Under the pieces are notes generated by a model. It ran no database searches, had not been told where the DNA came from, and saw only the letters and a program-made list of their open reading frames with translations. A DNA stretch of 63,064 bases, filler included, from Welwitschia mirabilis (taxonomy: Eukaryota), in assembly GCA_051453625.1 (NCBI GenBank). It is 7 parts of one record of this genome, joined end to end, with 100 filler letters (N's around TTAATTAATTAA, not from the genome) between each part and the next. Parts side by side here need not be neighbours in the genome. Positions count along the whole stretch, not along the records: positions 20,945 to 25,894 come from JBOZIK010000001.1; positions 25,995 to 42,244 come from JBOZIK010000001.1; 5 more parts are not named here. One strand, given 5' to 3'. Both the position numbers and the translations under genes were made by a program. Shown here piece by piece: positions 25,225 through 39,950 of the stretch (position 1 is its first letter; every line of letters begins with the position of its first letter).

Positions 25225-27483
25225 GTAAGGTTTTGTAGTACTGTGGTATCTCATAAATATTTTTACCTGCACAAAATCAGTAATATAATGAGAAAATAAT
25301 TCTCATATTATGTTTGGAAGAAAGATAATGATTTTGCTAAAACATGTAAAGTGCATTTTCTAGCTTTAAAAATTATTCTTTTCAATTATTTGGCTATGTG
25401 CTTAGGCTCTCATTTAGGATTGAATGAGTTGAAACTGCAAATATTTGAATTATATTTTTAGGACATTTAAAATCTTGAAAGCTGAAATATGAACAGTTGG
25501 AGAGTTGAGATGATTTAACTAGTGTTTAAAGAATTGGATATGACATCACAAAAGAAAAGGTTTTTTAGTGAGTCCAAGATGACTATGCAAAAAGTCAGTA
25601 AGAAAGTCATTAATAAAATAGAATTAGAAAAGTTGTGTTTGTATATTTAATAACTTTGATGTTCAATTGACATCATATGAAAGTGGCTACAAATAGAACT
25701 GTTCAAAGGAAATACATATAAGATTCCATTATGCAGTGGTCTATTCCCGATATTAAGGTTGTAACTTTATATACAAATGCTAATAATAGTGAAGGTAATT
25801 CGACAATTGGTAAGGGATGATAACCACCATCCATAAGAATAGGTAAGCTAGTTATCTATAATAATAGACATTAGTGAACATAAACTATAAAATTNNNNNN
25901 NNNNNNNNNNNNNNNNNNNNNNNNNNNNNNNNNNNNNNTTAATTAATTAANNNNNNNNNNNNNNNNNNNNNNNNNNNNNNNNNNNNNNNNNNNNAATCCT
26001 TCATAGGCTTACAAGTAAGTTTAATTCATCCAAGACATGCATCAAAAGAATAAATGCACAAATCTCAAAATTGTTATGTGGCATAATGAGACAAACTCTT
26101 CAATTCCAATGAACAATACAATAAATAGGTTATGAATCAAGTGCTCTTACACTTCTCACATTTTTTTAGTGCACATCTAATTAATCATGAACTATAAATT
26201 TTGTTATGTCTTCTGGCTACTAAATAATTCTTGATCAAAATGTCTTTTGTCACATATATTTGGAAAATTACATACCTCACAAATTGTATTACAAATTGTT
26301 TTAATTATGGCATAAATTAGAAGCTCTCTAAAAATGTCTCAGTATAAATGTTCAATATCACTTGCAAATGTAATGGCATTTTCTGAGGGGGAGCTTTTCC
26401 AGAGATTAATATTTTCAAATAAGTATAAGTTTGCCATCAATGTCAAAGGGGGAGATTATTGAGTTAATATTTGCCAATTTGATGTCAAACTNNNNNNNNN
26501 NNNNNNNNNNNNNNNNNNNNNNNNNNNNNNNNNNNNNNNNNNNNNNNNNNNNNNNNNNNNNNNNNNNNNNNNNNNNNNNNNNNNNNNNNNNNNNNNNNNN
26601 NNNNNNNNNNNNNNNNNNNNNNNNNNNNNNNNNNNNNNNNNNNNNNNNNNNNNNNNNNNNNNNNNNNNNNNNNNNNNNNNNNNNNNNNNNNNNNNNNNNN
26701 NNNNNNNNNNNNNNNNNNNNNNNNNNNNNNNNNNNNNNNNNNNNNNNNNNNNNNNNNNNNNNNNNNNNNNNNNNNNNNNNNNNNNNNNNNNNNNNNNNNN
26801 NNNNNNNNNNNNNNNNNNNNNNNNNNNNNNNNNNNNNNNNNNNNNNNNNNNNNNNNNNNNNNNNNNNNNNNNNNNNNNNNNNNNNNNNNNNNNNNNNNNN
26901 NNNNNNNNNNNNNNNNNNNNNNNNNNNNNNNNNNNNNNNNNNNNNNNNNNNNNNNNNNNNNNNNNNNNNNNNNNNNNNNNNNNNNNNNNNNNNNNNNNNN
27001 NNNNNNNNNNNNNNNNNNNNNNNNNNNNNNNNNNNNNNNNNNNNNNNNNNNNNNNNNNNNNNNNNNNNNNNNNNNNNNNNNNNNNNNNNNNNNNNNNNNN
27101 NNNNNNNNNNNNNNNNNNNNNNNNNNNNNNNNNNNNNNNNNNNNNNNNNNNNNNNNNNNNNNNNNNNNNNNNNNNNNNNNNNNNNNNNNNNNNNNNNNNN
27201 NNNNNNNNNNNNNNNNNNNNNNNNNNNNNNNNNNNNNNNNNNNNNNNNNNNNNNNNNNNNNNNNNNNNNNNNNNNNNNNNNNNNNNNNNNNNNNNNNNNN
27301 NNNNNNNNNNNNNNNNNNNNNNNNNNNNNNNNNNNNNNNNNNNNNNNNNNNNNNNNNNNNNNNNNNNNNNNNNNNNNNNNNNNNNNNNNNNNNNNNNNNN
27401 NNNNNNNNNNNNNNNNNNNNNNTTTCCAGAGATTAATATTTTCAACTAAGTATAAGTTTGCCATCAATGTCAAAGGGGGAGAT

Positions 27484-29025
27484 TATTGAGTTAATATTTG
27501 CCAATTTGATGTCAAACTAATGATTTCTGTTTAGCAAAACATGTTGTATTCTGTGTAGAAAATACTAATCATTGCAGGTCAGAAGCTGAAACAATTTGTG
27601 ACAATTTGAACCTGAACCTGTCACGTTATCATACCGTCTTGCGGAGTCAACCGCACCTGAAGCTTACACAGGAATGAACTGAATTTAGAGGGGTGGACCG
27701 GACACATGAAGGGTCGATCGGACCTATAGATCTAATACTTCACAGTCGATCTTTAAGGGGTTGATCATATTCCTGAGGGATCGACCGGACCTATCCATCC
27801 AATATTTCTCAACTGAACATCAAGGGGTCAACTGGGCTTTTGAGGGGTTGACTGGACCTAAGCATCAAACTTTCACAGCCGATCGTCAAGGGGCCGACCA
27901 GATTCTTGAGGGGTCAATCGGACTTGGAGTGATGTTTTCACCCTTTACCAGCAAGGGGTCGACTCAATATTTATGGGGNNNNNNNNNNNNNNNNNNNNNN
28001 NNNNNNNNNNNNNNNNNNNNNNNNNNNNNNNNNNNNNNNNNNNNNNNNNNNNNNNNNNNNNNNNNNNNNNCCGGACTCTAAGGGGTCGACCGAACATAGA
28101 GTCGTAAGAAACAGGGGTCAACTAGAAGAACATGAGGGCGACCGATTACAGTGAAGACATCAGATGGGGTCCACCGAACGTTTCGAGGGGTTGACTGGTC
28201 GTGATGGAAATGGGATTTTGTTAGCCATTGGCCTCTTGTTTTTATCCGGTGGAGAATATAATTCACTTAGAAAACCCTAAAATGTATCTCTTATATATTT
28301 GTCAGCCATCAAAATCATTGTATGAATCTTTTCGGCACATCTTCNNNNNNNNNNNNNNNNNNNNNNNNNNNNNNNNNNNNNNNNNNNNNNNNNNNNNNNN
28401 NNNNNNNNNNNNNNNNNNNNNNNNNNNNNNNNNNNNNNNNNNNNTGCCAAGAGTCAAAATCACCACAGCACTTTTTGAATCATTTGTAATAATTCGTTGT
28501 ACTCATTGGCACGTTCTTTACCTGACCAAAGATGAACCGAGAGCTGTTGTTATCATTGTGTATGTGGTCAAAGTCGCATTATACGCTTTCGGATTGTACC
28601 ATCTTCTCAAGTAGTGTAGTAATACTATTTCTTGAGCCAAAGATCGAGTGAAGCTTGTGCATTTCGATACACCATCGTCACCGCTTCACTTTCTTGCTAA
28701 AGGTTGAGACCGAGCCTCAGAAAAGTCTGATTGTAAAGCTTATAGGTGAACTTGAAACACCTGGAAAGATATTAACGGAGATTCGGATTAGGCTTGGATA
28801 GAACCTGGTCGTTGACAGTGGAGTAGGGGGTTTCCCGAACCACTATAAATCTTGTGTGCTTCCTATTTGGTATTTCTGTGCTTTCTGTTCTTTATTTTGC
28901 AGAATAGTTTTAATTTTATTTGCACACATATTTTAGTGTTTATTTCCAGTAAAGATAATTTTTGTGAAGTTATTTAATTATTTTTAAATCCTATTCACTC
29001 CCCCTCTAGGATTTTCGATCCAACA
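27484..29025 (+). mobile_element. 3' LTR of a second SIRE family with GGTCGACC palindrome array
   Basis: PPT AAAGGGGGAGAT immediately upstream; GGGGTCGACCGGA variants 27690-28200; ATTCACTCCCCCTCTAG..CCAACA end. Confidence 0.85.
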
Positions 29026-30325
29026 TAAACTACACTCAAGAAGAAGGTATAGACTACGGTGAGGCCTATGCCTTAGTGGGTAGGGTTGAGTCTATTAGAC
29101 TTTTGTTAGCCTATGCATGTGCCATGGACATTAAGTTATTCCAAATAGATTTGAAAAGTGCCTTCCTCAATAGTTACATAGAAGAGGAAGTACTTGTCAA
29201 ACAGTCACCAGGTTTTGTTGATGCCAACTATCCCGAACATGTTTTCAAGCTCAAGAAGGCCTTGTATGGACTTAAACAAGCTCCTAGAGCTTGGTATGAG
29301 AGGCTGTCAAATTCCTGATAGAGCACAGGTTTAAATGTGGTAATGTTGACCTTACCTTGTTTATTAAGAAGACTGATAATGATATTCTCATTTTACAAAT
29401 TTATGTTGATGATATAGTCTTAGGTGCAATATATGAGAAATGAATAGTGGTTTTTTGAGCATGCTTGAAGAACTCAATTTTTTCTTAGCACTGCAGATCA
29501 AGTAGCTCAAAAATGGAATTTTTATGAGTCAATCAAAGTATATTAAAGAATTGTTGGTGAGGTACAAGCTTGACAACGGCAAAGAGGTCAGTACTTCTAT
29601 GTCTACAACAACAAAAAGTAGCAAGGATGAATCAGGTAAATCAGTAGACCAGAGACTTTATAAAGGTATGATTGGTAGCTTGTTGTACTTGACTTCGAAT
29701 AGACTGGATATTGTAGTTAGCGTAGGCATTTGTGCTCGATATCAGTCTAATCCTAAAGACTCCTACTTTTCTGCAGTGAAAAGAATATTTTGATATGTTA
29801 AGCATACAAGTAATTTGGATATTTGGTTTCTTTGTGACACTTCACTTGATCTAATTGGGTATAGTAATGCAGATTGGGCCACATGCACTGATAATAGGAA
29901 GAGTGCGAGTGGTGACTGCTATTTTCTTGGGAGTCGTCTAGTAGCATGGATCTCCAAGAAACAGAGTTCTATATCATTGTCCACTGCATAGGCTGAATAT
30001 ATATCAGGTGGAGCTTGCTGTACTCAATTGTTACAGATGATGCACACCTTGTGTGATTAGGGAATGAAAATGAGTAGTAGTCAATTCTTGTGTGACAACA
30101 CTAATGCCATTGATATCGCAAAGAACTTTGCAACACTCATGCACTAAGCACATTGACATAAGACACGATTTTATCAGTGAACAAGTTCAACAAGGGGTGA
30201 TAAAACTAGACTATGCCTTTATTGAAAAACAATTTGCAGACATGTTCACGAAAGCGTTATCAGAAGCAAGGTTTGAGACATTAAGGGTAATGTTGGGCAT
30301 AGGAACATGCCCAACCGAGGAATGA
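29026..30325 (+). pseudogene. Copia RT-RNase H pseudogene
   Basis: QEEGIDY, KSAFLN, LKKALYGLKQAPRAW, YVDDI, KHIDIRHDF. Confidence 0.9.
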
Positions 30326-30784
30326 TCTGTTTATTTAGATGTCAACATTCACACATATTTGATCGAAGTTTAAATACATCTGAGCATAGTTTGAGCCTTT
30401 CATGTTTATTCATGATTCTTGGCCTTTTCTTATGAAGTTTTGTCATAAACCTATCATATTTTCTCTTTTTGTTCTATTGACCTTTAGTCCGCACTCCCAA
30501 GATGTTGGACGTCCGTAGGCCTGTGCGAATCTTTTTGGGTCGATTGAAGGGTGCACGTCTACCCTCCAACAATCTGGTGCCGAACGCGAATTTTTTTTAG
30601 GAAAGCCATTTTCTCAAAACAAAAAGGGGCCTCCTCTATATAAAGGACGTCCCTCCTCCTTCCTCCTCATCTAGTCATTTTTAGAGTTCAAGTTCAAAAA
30701 GTAAGTTCCTTTCTTTCCATCTCGTTTTCATCCCTTCCTTTAGTTTTCCTTTGTGTGCCTCTCCTCTTCCTTCCATATTCCATC

Positions 30785-31399
30785 ATGCAAGACAAAAGAT
30801 TCGAGTTTCAAGGAAAGACAGAGGCAAGGACAGAAGCAAAACCAGTGTTTGTTTCTTCTAGAGCAAAGGCCATGTGGACCCAAACCTTTAACAAGAAGCC
30901 CCTCACTCCTAAAAGGGTCATTCTTCATCATACTTTTAGGAATTACTTTAATCTGTTGCCTAGGTTAGAAGAACTCAACTGGACTTACATTTTAAACCCT
31001 CATGCACATGTTCTAGTAAATTTGGTTTTCAATCTAAACAAAACATCTTTGTTTCCAACTTGTATGGTGCTAATATTGAGGTTAACCCAGAAATGATAGC
31101 TAGTGCTACTGGTTTGCCATTAGAAGGAGAAGAATATGTGCATGTTACCTCAGTTTTTGTTCTAGACCATCTTTTTCACATGGATGAACTCATGGAAGTT
31201 CTATGTGAAAAACAAAAGGCTTGGAGGACAGCTATTCCCACTTGCATTTTACACCTAGTTTACATGGTGCTTTTTAGAATTATTTTTAGCAACCTCATTC
31301 CAAAGCTTGGCCATATGGATGAAGTTTTTCCTTTATGTGCCTATGTAATGTACTATTACGCCAAAAGCATTCAAATTAATTTACCTCAGATGATATTAC
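30785..31399 (+). pseudogene. Env-like ORF downstream of RNase H, interrupted by an LTR inserted at 31400
   Basis: Same peptide as other copies; TGTTGAGAACAAATAT at 31400 matches the LTR start at 21501. Confidence 0.8.
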
Positions 31400-31629
31400 T
31401 GTTGAGAACAAATATGTTTCAATGATGAAGTCAACAAAATTATTCAGGTCATCAGCTCAAATACGAAAGGCANNNNNNNNNNNNNNNNNNNNNNNNNNNN
31501 NNNNNNNNNNNNNNNNNNNNNNNNNNNNNNNNNNNNNNNNNNNNNNNNNNNNNNNNNNNNNNNNNNNNNNNNNNNNNNNNNNNNNNNNNNNNNNNNNNNN
31601 NNNNNNNNNNNNNNNNNNNNNNNNNNNNN

Positions 31630-34500
31630 CATCCTGTTTTTTTCAGAAGTCCAAGTTCAAGAAGTAAGTTCTTTTCTTTCCATCTTGTTTTCTTCTCTCC
31701 CTTCAATTTTCCTTTTGTGCTTCTCCTCTTCGTTTCATATTCCATCATGCTAAGACAAAAGATTCTAGTCCAAGGAAAGAGAGAGGCAAGGACAAAGAAG
31801 CAGAACCAGTTTTTGTTTCTTTCAGAGTAAAGGCCATGTGGACCTAGAGCTTTAACAAGAAGTCTCTCACTCTCGAAAGGGTCATTTTTCACAATACATT
31901 CAGGCAATTACTCAATCTGTTGCCCAGGTTAGAAGAGCTCAGTTGGACTTACATTTTAAACCCTTATACACATGCTCTTCTAGATCTAGTTCACATGTTC
32001 TATTGCAATAGGTCATTTCAATCTGAGCAAAACCAGCTTGTTTCAAACTTGTATGGTGTTGATATCGAGGTCAACCTAGAAATGATATCTTGTGCTACTG
32101 GTTTTCCGTTAGAAGGAGCAGAATATGTGCATGTTACTTTAGTTTCAGTTCTAAACCTTTTGTTCCTAGGGATGAACTCATGGAAGTTTTATGTGGAAAA
32201 CAAGAGGCTTGGAGGACAACTAGACCCACTTGCATTTAAAGCCTGCTTTACAAGGTGCTTTTTAGAATTATTTCTAGCAATCTTATTCGTAAGCTCAAGC
32301 ATATGGATGAGGTTTGTCCTTTATGTGCATATGTAATGTACTGTTATGCTAGAAGCATTCAAATTAATTTATCTTAGATGATATTACAAAATATGGCTTC
32401 ATGCACTTCAATGGGTTCAATAGCTGTGCCATATGGTGGTTTAATTACTAAGATGTGTCATAACAAGGCAACGTTACCTAAAGTAAAAGATGAAATTCTC
32501 AAATTGCCCAAGCCATTTGATGAGTCCTTCTTTGTCAGAATGAAAATCGTCAAAGGCTCTGCTCCTCCAAATCTTTGTTCCCCCCTTTCGAGGTATTTCA
32601 AGCGTACGTGATTAGGTGAAACTTCTCAAGGCACATCAGCTACAAAAAAATGGATTAAGAGGATTTCCTCACAGCTCTCCAAAATCGAGAAGGCTCTTGT
32701 GGACTTTGGATTGGAAATGGCAGATCTTCCTTTTAGTCATGTCTTCCTGATGATCTTTATCTACCTTGTTCCTTCATGTGTCAATTTGTGTTCCCCTTCT
32801 ATTGTTCTTTTCCTGTTGTTCTTTTTGTTAGCTTCTGTGTGTTAGTTGTTGTGTCTATGCTCCTATGTATGATAAACTTTGAACGATATGTAATTAAATT
32901 TTTGCTATAATTAATATAAATTTCTCTTATGCTCTTAGTTTGGTTATAGTCAACATTTATTTTCTGTACATATGCTTTTTATAGGTATCTTCTGTTTATT
33001 GTTTCGTATACAAGGTCAATGATGCCAAAAGGGGGAGATAACTATCTACCAAAATGCCCAAAGTGTGCTTCATAAGGGCATCAACTTAAGGGTGAGTAAA
33101 TCTAAGCCTCAAGGGAAGATACATTATGGGTTTATGGATTATGAAAATATCACTTTCAAGGGCAGTTTATTGTTTCTTAAAATACAAAAAGGCATGGGTT
33201 CTATCATCATTGAAAAAGGGGGAGGCTATAGATTAAAAGATTTCAATGATGCCACTAGAATGAAGTTGATAGAAAAATATCGCCATGTGCATGATCAACA
33301 TGCTCATCACCCTTTGCCAAAACACGTGGATGATCTAAAAGTTGGCAATCTTCTATCTGAGTAAGTCATTTTCGTGATGAACATCCAAGATACTTAAGTA
33401 CGCCAGATGTCCTCAATCAATAAAGCCCAGACGTCTCCTCTTCTCGCAGTCAGATTGCATGGAAGTGGCCTGCTTATAGGTGCAGACATCCCCACCCAAA
33501 CAAGGCGGATGTCCCCACTTAAATAGGCCGAACGTCCCCTCTCCTCGTAGGAAAAATGTATGAGACTGCTGTATAACAGGTGCGGATGTCCCCACTCAGA
33601 AAGCCTAGACGTCCCAACTCTTTTCGGGCTTTTGGTATGAGAAACTAAACCACCGAGAGGTGCAGACGTCCCCACTCAAGTACCCTTAATGTTCCCCCTC
33701 CTGTCGCGATCTTTTAACGAGAGTTTGCATCTTTCACAGTTGCAGATGTCCCTGCCTCTCAGAAGTGTAGACGTCTGCACCTAATGGTTCAGACATCCAC
33801 CCTCTTCAATTGTGGACATCCCCCTTATTTAAGGGCATACGTCCCTGCTCTTGGACCATTGCAAAATGGTCATCTTCAATGAAATGTGTGACGATTTTCC
33901 ACAGTCACTTTTTCTAGCACGATCTTTGAGGCTGATTCATGGAGATTATTCCTTGGGGGTAGGCTTAGATTGGCAAAAAAATCAAATAATATCTAAAATC
34001 AAGAGATCTTGGAAATATCAATTTGTCTATTTTCTAACAACTATATTTGATCTTCTATAAATGATGGAAAGTTATTCATTTATTGCTGATGATCTTTTGT
34101 GAACAGTGACTTGACCGTGGATATTATTAACAAAGTGTACCTATCTTGTGTGATCTATCTGTACTGCATTCTACTCATCGTATCTGTGCTTGAGGCACCT
34201 TTCTCTTACCTTTCCTTCTTAATGTGGTTGAGTCTCAGCCATCAAAAGACTCTAAACTGTACTTAGTTGATGATAAGCCTGAAGTCATCACTGTTGTAAA
34301 GGGTTGATGATCAGCTAGAAAATCATCAGCTGAAGAGATTTAAGGAAACCAGGGAAGAAGTCATCTATCTCTCCTTGAAGAGTGGAGTAGGCACATTGCC
34401 AAACCACTATAAAATTTCTTGTGTGCTGATTATTTTCTTCTTTGCATTGCTTTCATATTAATATTCATTTGTGTAAAGCTGATTAACTTTGATAAGGGCT
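31630..34500 (+). mobile_element. 3' part of SIRE-type element: env-like ORF (31747-32720), PPTs, LTR from 33227 (3'-truncated)
   Basis: Env-like peptide; AAAAGGGGGAG at about 33027 and 33215; GACGTC palindrome array 33400-33850. Confidence 0.8.
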
Positions 34501-34509
34501 GAAGTATTT

Positions 34510-36450
34510 TTATGTTTCTAGGATTTTCAAAAAAAAGAAGGAAAGCATAAAAGTTAACAAACATGCACCTAAAAAAATTAACAAGGTTTGGGCCCTTCTA
34601 TCTCAAGGCTTTTGAAAAATGCAAGACTTGGCTTAATTATAACTATCTCCCACTTCTAGCCAAACTTCCTGCCTTCCTAGCAACATATGGCAGAAGAAAA
34701 TCTAAAAAGCTATTTTGGTTATAAACAAGCTTCATGTTATGAAGCTACAAGTCCAAGCAATGAAGTGCAGAACTGATGCTTCGCCACAAATATAACTTTT
34801 GTCAAAGTATCACTAGCATTGTCATGTGTATGAATCTTTTGAATCTGCACATGACCATTCTCAAATCAAATCATGAACGTAGTGGAATCTTAGGTCAATA
34901 TGATTAGTCCTAGCATGATAAGTAGAATTCTTAGTGAAGTGAAGAGCACTTTGACTATTATAAAACACAGTATAATGCTTCTATTTCTACCCTAACAACT
35001 CAAGAAATTGTCTTAGCCTCTACATTTCTTTGCAAGCTTTCGTAAAGGAATGCATTTATATTTTGTCGTGGACAAGGTTACAATGGATTGAAGTTGTTAT
35101 AACAAACTAATGACAACTCTACCAAGAATAAAACATACCCTATAATGGAGCAGTTGGTGTCACATCAGCAACAAAGTTTGCATCAACATATTATGTCTCT
35201 TGGAAGCTTCCTTCTCCAAACTTGCAATCTGTGAGACTGAGTAGCTTGCAAGTATCGTAGGATCTCCTTAACTGCTAGCCAGTTACTCCAATAGGAATTA
35301 CTTAGAAGCCTGCTAACCATTCCCACTACATATACAATGTCTAACTATATGCACACCATAGCATACATTAATGATCCAACTGCTGATTTATATGGGATTG
35401 ATTTCATGTGCTTCTTATCATCTCTAGATTGATGGCAATCCTTCTTGCTCAATTTAAAGTGAGATACGAGTGAAGTACTATTAGTATGAGCAACTATCAT
35501 ACCAAAATGCTCCAAAACCTAGAAGAAGTAATTCTCTTGACCAAGCCATAAGAATTTATTAGTAATGTCCATGATTATCTACATCCCAAGGATTTGCTTG
35601 GCTAGCCCAAAGTCATGTCCATTTCAAGACGATTATCCATTTTATGCTTTAGGTGTTTAATTTCACGCTTATCATTTCCTCATATGGGGATATATTCAAC
35701 ATATGATCATAGTGAAGTTACCTCCCACTTGCCCAGAGAAATGAATACTGCTGTCTACTTTGCATGGGATATAATCAACATATGATCATAAGGAAGTTAC
35801 CTCCCACTTGCCCAAAGAAATGAATACCGCTGTCTACTTTGCATTAGCTATATTATTGCACTTTCACAAATGAATCAAAACCCTTTTTTACCACTACCTT
35901 TGGGCTTGTTTATGACCACACAGACTTAGCTTGATATGCAATAGGATACGTGGGATCAACAAAAACTTCTAGTTTAGCCATCTAGATTCCTTCTTTTGAA
36001 TTCCCATGCAAGAATGCAATCTTCAACATATGTTTGCACTTGTTCGAGATCTAAACATGTAGTCATAGACAACACATTCCTAATAGAAGAATGCTTAACA
36101 AGTAGAGAAGAGATCCTTGTAAAATCAATACCGAGTTTTTGTTCAAAACCCTCACCGTAAGTCTTGCCTTGTACCTAACAAGACGATGCAAATCTTCCTT
36201 TAGTTAGAAGAGCCATCTATTCTGCAATGCTTTCTTAACCTTTGGCAACGATGGTAGTTTCCATGTGTTATTAGACATGAGTGATTTCCACTCATCATAT
36301 AGTGCAACCTCCCACTAGTTTCAATCAATGCATGACCCTGCTTTTAAAATAGTTTCTGGTTCTCCTGAATCAGTTAGGAAAACATAAGTTAAAAAAGGAG
36401 AATATTTGTTAGGTTGCTTTGTTACCTTAGTGGGGCTCCTTATCCAATGT
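34510..36450 (-). mobile_element. Decayed Ty1/copia (Tork/Tnt1-like) RT-RNase H with PPT
   Basis: GEPET, KALQNRW, RYKARL, KHSSIR, PYKSAVGSLMYAMVC motifs; PPT-like AAGTGGGAGA near 34650. Confidence 0.7.
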
Positions 36451-37699
36451 GAAGGAACCTTTGTTCTTCATCTTTAGCTTTTTCCTCTTCCTATTCTACA
36501 TCCATGTTCTCTTTTTGTTCACCTTAAGGAATGTCTTCATTGTCATAAGTATATTCTTGCTGCTTATTTTCATCATCATTGTCATGGGCAAATACTTTGG
36601 TAGACTCTTTGCGAGGGAAGCCAAAATCAGGTGTTTTCCTATCCTAATTTTGAATTTGCTTCAGATTAAACAAGAGAGTATTCTCCAAAGGTTGCATCTT
36701 TGGATCTAACCACTTGTTTACAAGCATGATTCTAAAAGTCTATATCCATAATCATCATTGCCATGGCCAACAAAGATACATCTATGCATCCTGTCATCCA
36801 ACTTGGACCTGTGAGATCTCTATACATGAACATAATCTTCATAGCCAAAAACGTGCTGCTAGGAGGTTTCCTTTCCTCTCTAGAGAATTTCTAGAATTTG
36901 TCCATCTAGAGCTAAACGAGGTAACATGTTGAAGAGATATGTGGTGGTTTTGACTTGTTTGGCCTAAAACGATTTTGGAAGACCTGCTCCTGCTATCAAG
37001 CTTGCAGCATGCTCTAAAAAGTTTCTGTCGCATCTCTTTGACACTCCATTTTGTTGGAGTGTTTTAGGCATAGTACGTCTATGTATCATCTCTTATTTGT
37101 TTGCAAAAATTAAAAAAAGGCATGTAAGGCATAATATTCAATTCATAATTCAGGATTGGATTTAGCACCATCAAAAATTTGATTCAGCAGAAAATGCGAC
37201 ACAAGGTTCAGAGCAATTCAATATAAAATTCTAGAGTTTGCGAAACTCAAGAAAAAACAGAAAAATGATTTTTCATACGAATAAAAGCAATTCCAGATGA
37301 TTGTAGACACGATAAAACATATAGGGAAACTTACAAAATGCCCATAGCATTATTAAGTTATAGATTCTAAATGTTATGGAAAGAATTACATGACATCATG
37401 AGTCTAGGTATGTACCCAATTTGCAAGAAATTATACTTTCTAGATAATAACATGCAAGACTTCAAAAATTTGAAAATAGAAGCATTGCATTATCCACATT
37501 CATGTCATTTGTAATATCCAAGCAACCAAGCATTAGATAGGTCCATCTACTTACTAACGAAATAGTCAAAAAACATAGATAAAACAAAATGCTTACTGCA
37601 ACAAAATTTCTACATCCACCATGTAGTAAACGTTGACAAAATACATATATGATGGACTTATGGAGACAAAGAACAAGCTTCAACTGGATAAATACTAGA

Positions 37700-39950
37700 G
37701 ATTGGCCCTGTAGAGTCCTACCTCATAGTGCTCTAATTCAAGACTTCTTCTTTGGAGGACGTCCTCTTCCTTGAGAGGAATTAACTGTGATATGAACATC
37801 AACATCATTAATATCATCATCCTCAAGAATATTAACAATGGACTATTACTAAAGCTCCATCTTTCTCTCAAGATCAAAAACTCTCATGGATTTCTAAAAT
37901 TAGCATCCTGCTCCTCCTGGATGTTATCCTATGGACCATAATTAGGATCGCTACCATCAAGATCTTCTTCATTTGGAGCCACTGCATCTGTCGCAATCAC
38001 TATAGGTTGACAATCCCCATTGAGATCAATGTCAACATCAGCCTTTACCTTTGGCTGTGGGGATCGTCATCTAATAACAAATCATCATCATCATAAGCAT
38101 GAGGATTCCCATTGGAATATCTATGTTATCTCCTCCCTACTCAGATGTGCCCTTCTCTAGTGTGGTTCCTATACTGGGTTCTTTAAATGGCTGATTTTGG
38201 ATCCAATTTGTAAGTTGGTCATCGTTTCTTATGTCCTCCAAGTTCAAATCAACATTAATTTGTACTACTTTGTCTCTTCTTCTTTTTCCATTTTTGGATT
38301 TGTGGTAAAGCTTCTTGTTGAAGTATATGTAAACTAATTTGCTTANNNNNNNNNNNNNNNNNNNNNNNNNNNNNNNNNNNNNNNNNNNNNNNNNNNNNNN
38401 NNNNNNNNNNNNNNNNNNNNNNNNNNNNNNNNNNNNNNNNNNNNNNNNNNNNNNNNNNNNNNNNNNNNNNNNNNNNNNNNNNNNNNNNNNNNNNNNNNNN
38501 NNNNNNNNNNNNNNNNNNNNNNNNNNNNNNNNNNNNNNNNNNNNNNNNNNNNNNNNNNNNNNNNNNNNNNNNNNNNNNNNNNNNNNNNNNNNNNNNNNNN
38601 NNNNNNNNNNNNNNNNNNNNNNNNNNNNNNNNNNNNNNNNNNNNNNNNNNNNNNNNNNNNNNNNNNAATCAACATTAATTTGTACTACTTTGTCTCTTCT
38701 TCTTTTTGCATTTTTGGATTTGTGGTGAAGCTTCTTGTTGAAGTATATGTAAACTAATTTGCTTAGTTTAACATGTCCTAATCTATTGCATGTTTTGGAG
38801 TTTAGATGTTAATAAATTAAAAAATATTAAAAAATTTAAAAAAAACTCCAATTGGGTGCACATCCCATGAAGATAACATTCAAAAGTTAATATCATCTAA
38901 ATTGCACAAACAAACAATGGAATTCCCGAACTTGAACACTTAAAGAGCTACATGGTTGCATTAGGATATGTCTTGCAAATTGTGACAAACCAAGAGTATC
39001 AGCATCATACATCTTCCACCATCTTGCTGTTAAACCAAAAAAAAAAACGTGGGCGAATGTTAAATGAACAAAAGCAAGAACAAATAAGGTCACTAATAAT
39101 ATAACATTATAAATGTACCTGAAGTATCGTGAAATGCACGTTCCTTTGCCTCAAGACTACTCATTTGTTCATTTGCAGGTCCCTTATAAATTGCAAGTTG
39201 GCAACTTAATTGCTTTTGAAATTCTTTAGATTTCAAATCCTCTTAAGTCTTGCCTCCTTGTAGTGGATAGATTTTTCTAATAACCCAATGTAATTGTGGA
39301 ATAAGAAAGTCAAAACTTGAAAGTTATAACACAATGATAGATTATGTAACTAATCAATCAAAATGTTAAAAGCTTACAATCACTTTTTGTGGTGTAGTTC
39401 TTTATTCTTCTTTGTTATTTAGTTCCTCATAGTTGCCCAAACAAAACTCAAGGTTTAGGGCAAAAGCTACAATATATAAATCTGTTTTTCACATATGATC
39501 CCATCTCGTTTTAATGAAGCACTCTATATGTTCTACTCTTTCCTCAGATTTCATATCAATTAAGAGTTGTCCAATCTTGGTCTTTACCTTCGCCATAATA
39601 TAATATACATATCCCGTTGAGGGATGATTTGAATCCACCAACCTTAGTGACCTTTCAAGGACTCCAAAATCTATTCAAAACATAAAAATATAAAATTTAA
39701 TATCACTATTAAATTCTATAAAAGATAGAAAAGTAGAACATACCTCAAATTGAAAATTGAAATCACTTGCAACAATTAGCACTTTTCTAGTAGATTACCT
39801 TGATGGTAAGTGGGACTAAGTATCAAAACATCTTCTCTAGAGATGGACTATCAATAGGATCATCAAATATTACTCTTTTCCAATAGCCTCCCTCAGGAGA
39901 ACTCCACACCTAGGCTTGTCCCATAATCATTTTGGGAATATACCCATCAA
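37700..39950 (-). pseudogene. hAT transposase remnant with C-terminal dimerisation domain
   Basis: WWKMYDADT..LSQFARHILMQPCSS, NRLGHVKLSKLVYIYFN; apparent intron remnants. Confidence 0.7.

Noticed and set aside
22089-27489. Long ORFs of 329-352 aa in the track (and others rich in X)
   Set aside because: They are open only because they run through N gaps.
36449-36709. Hydrophobic 86-aa ORF that looks like a membrane protein
   Set aside because: Product of T-rich low-complexity sequence next to a copia remnant; no other support.
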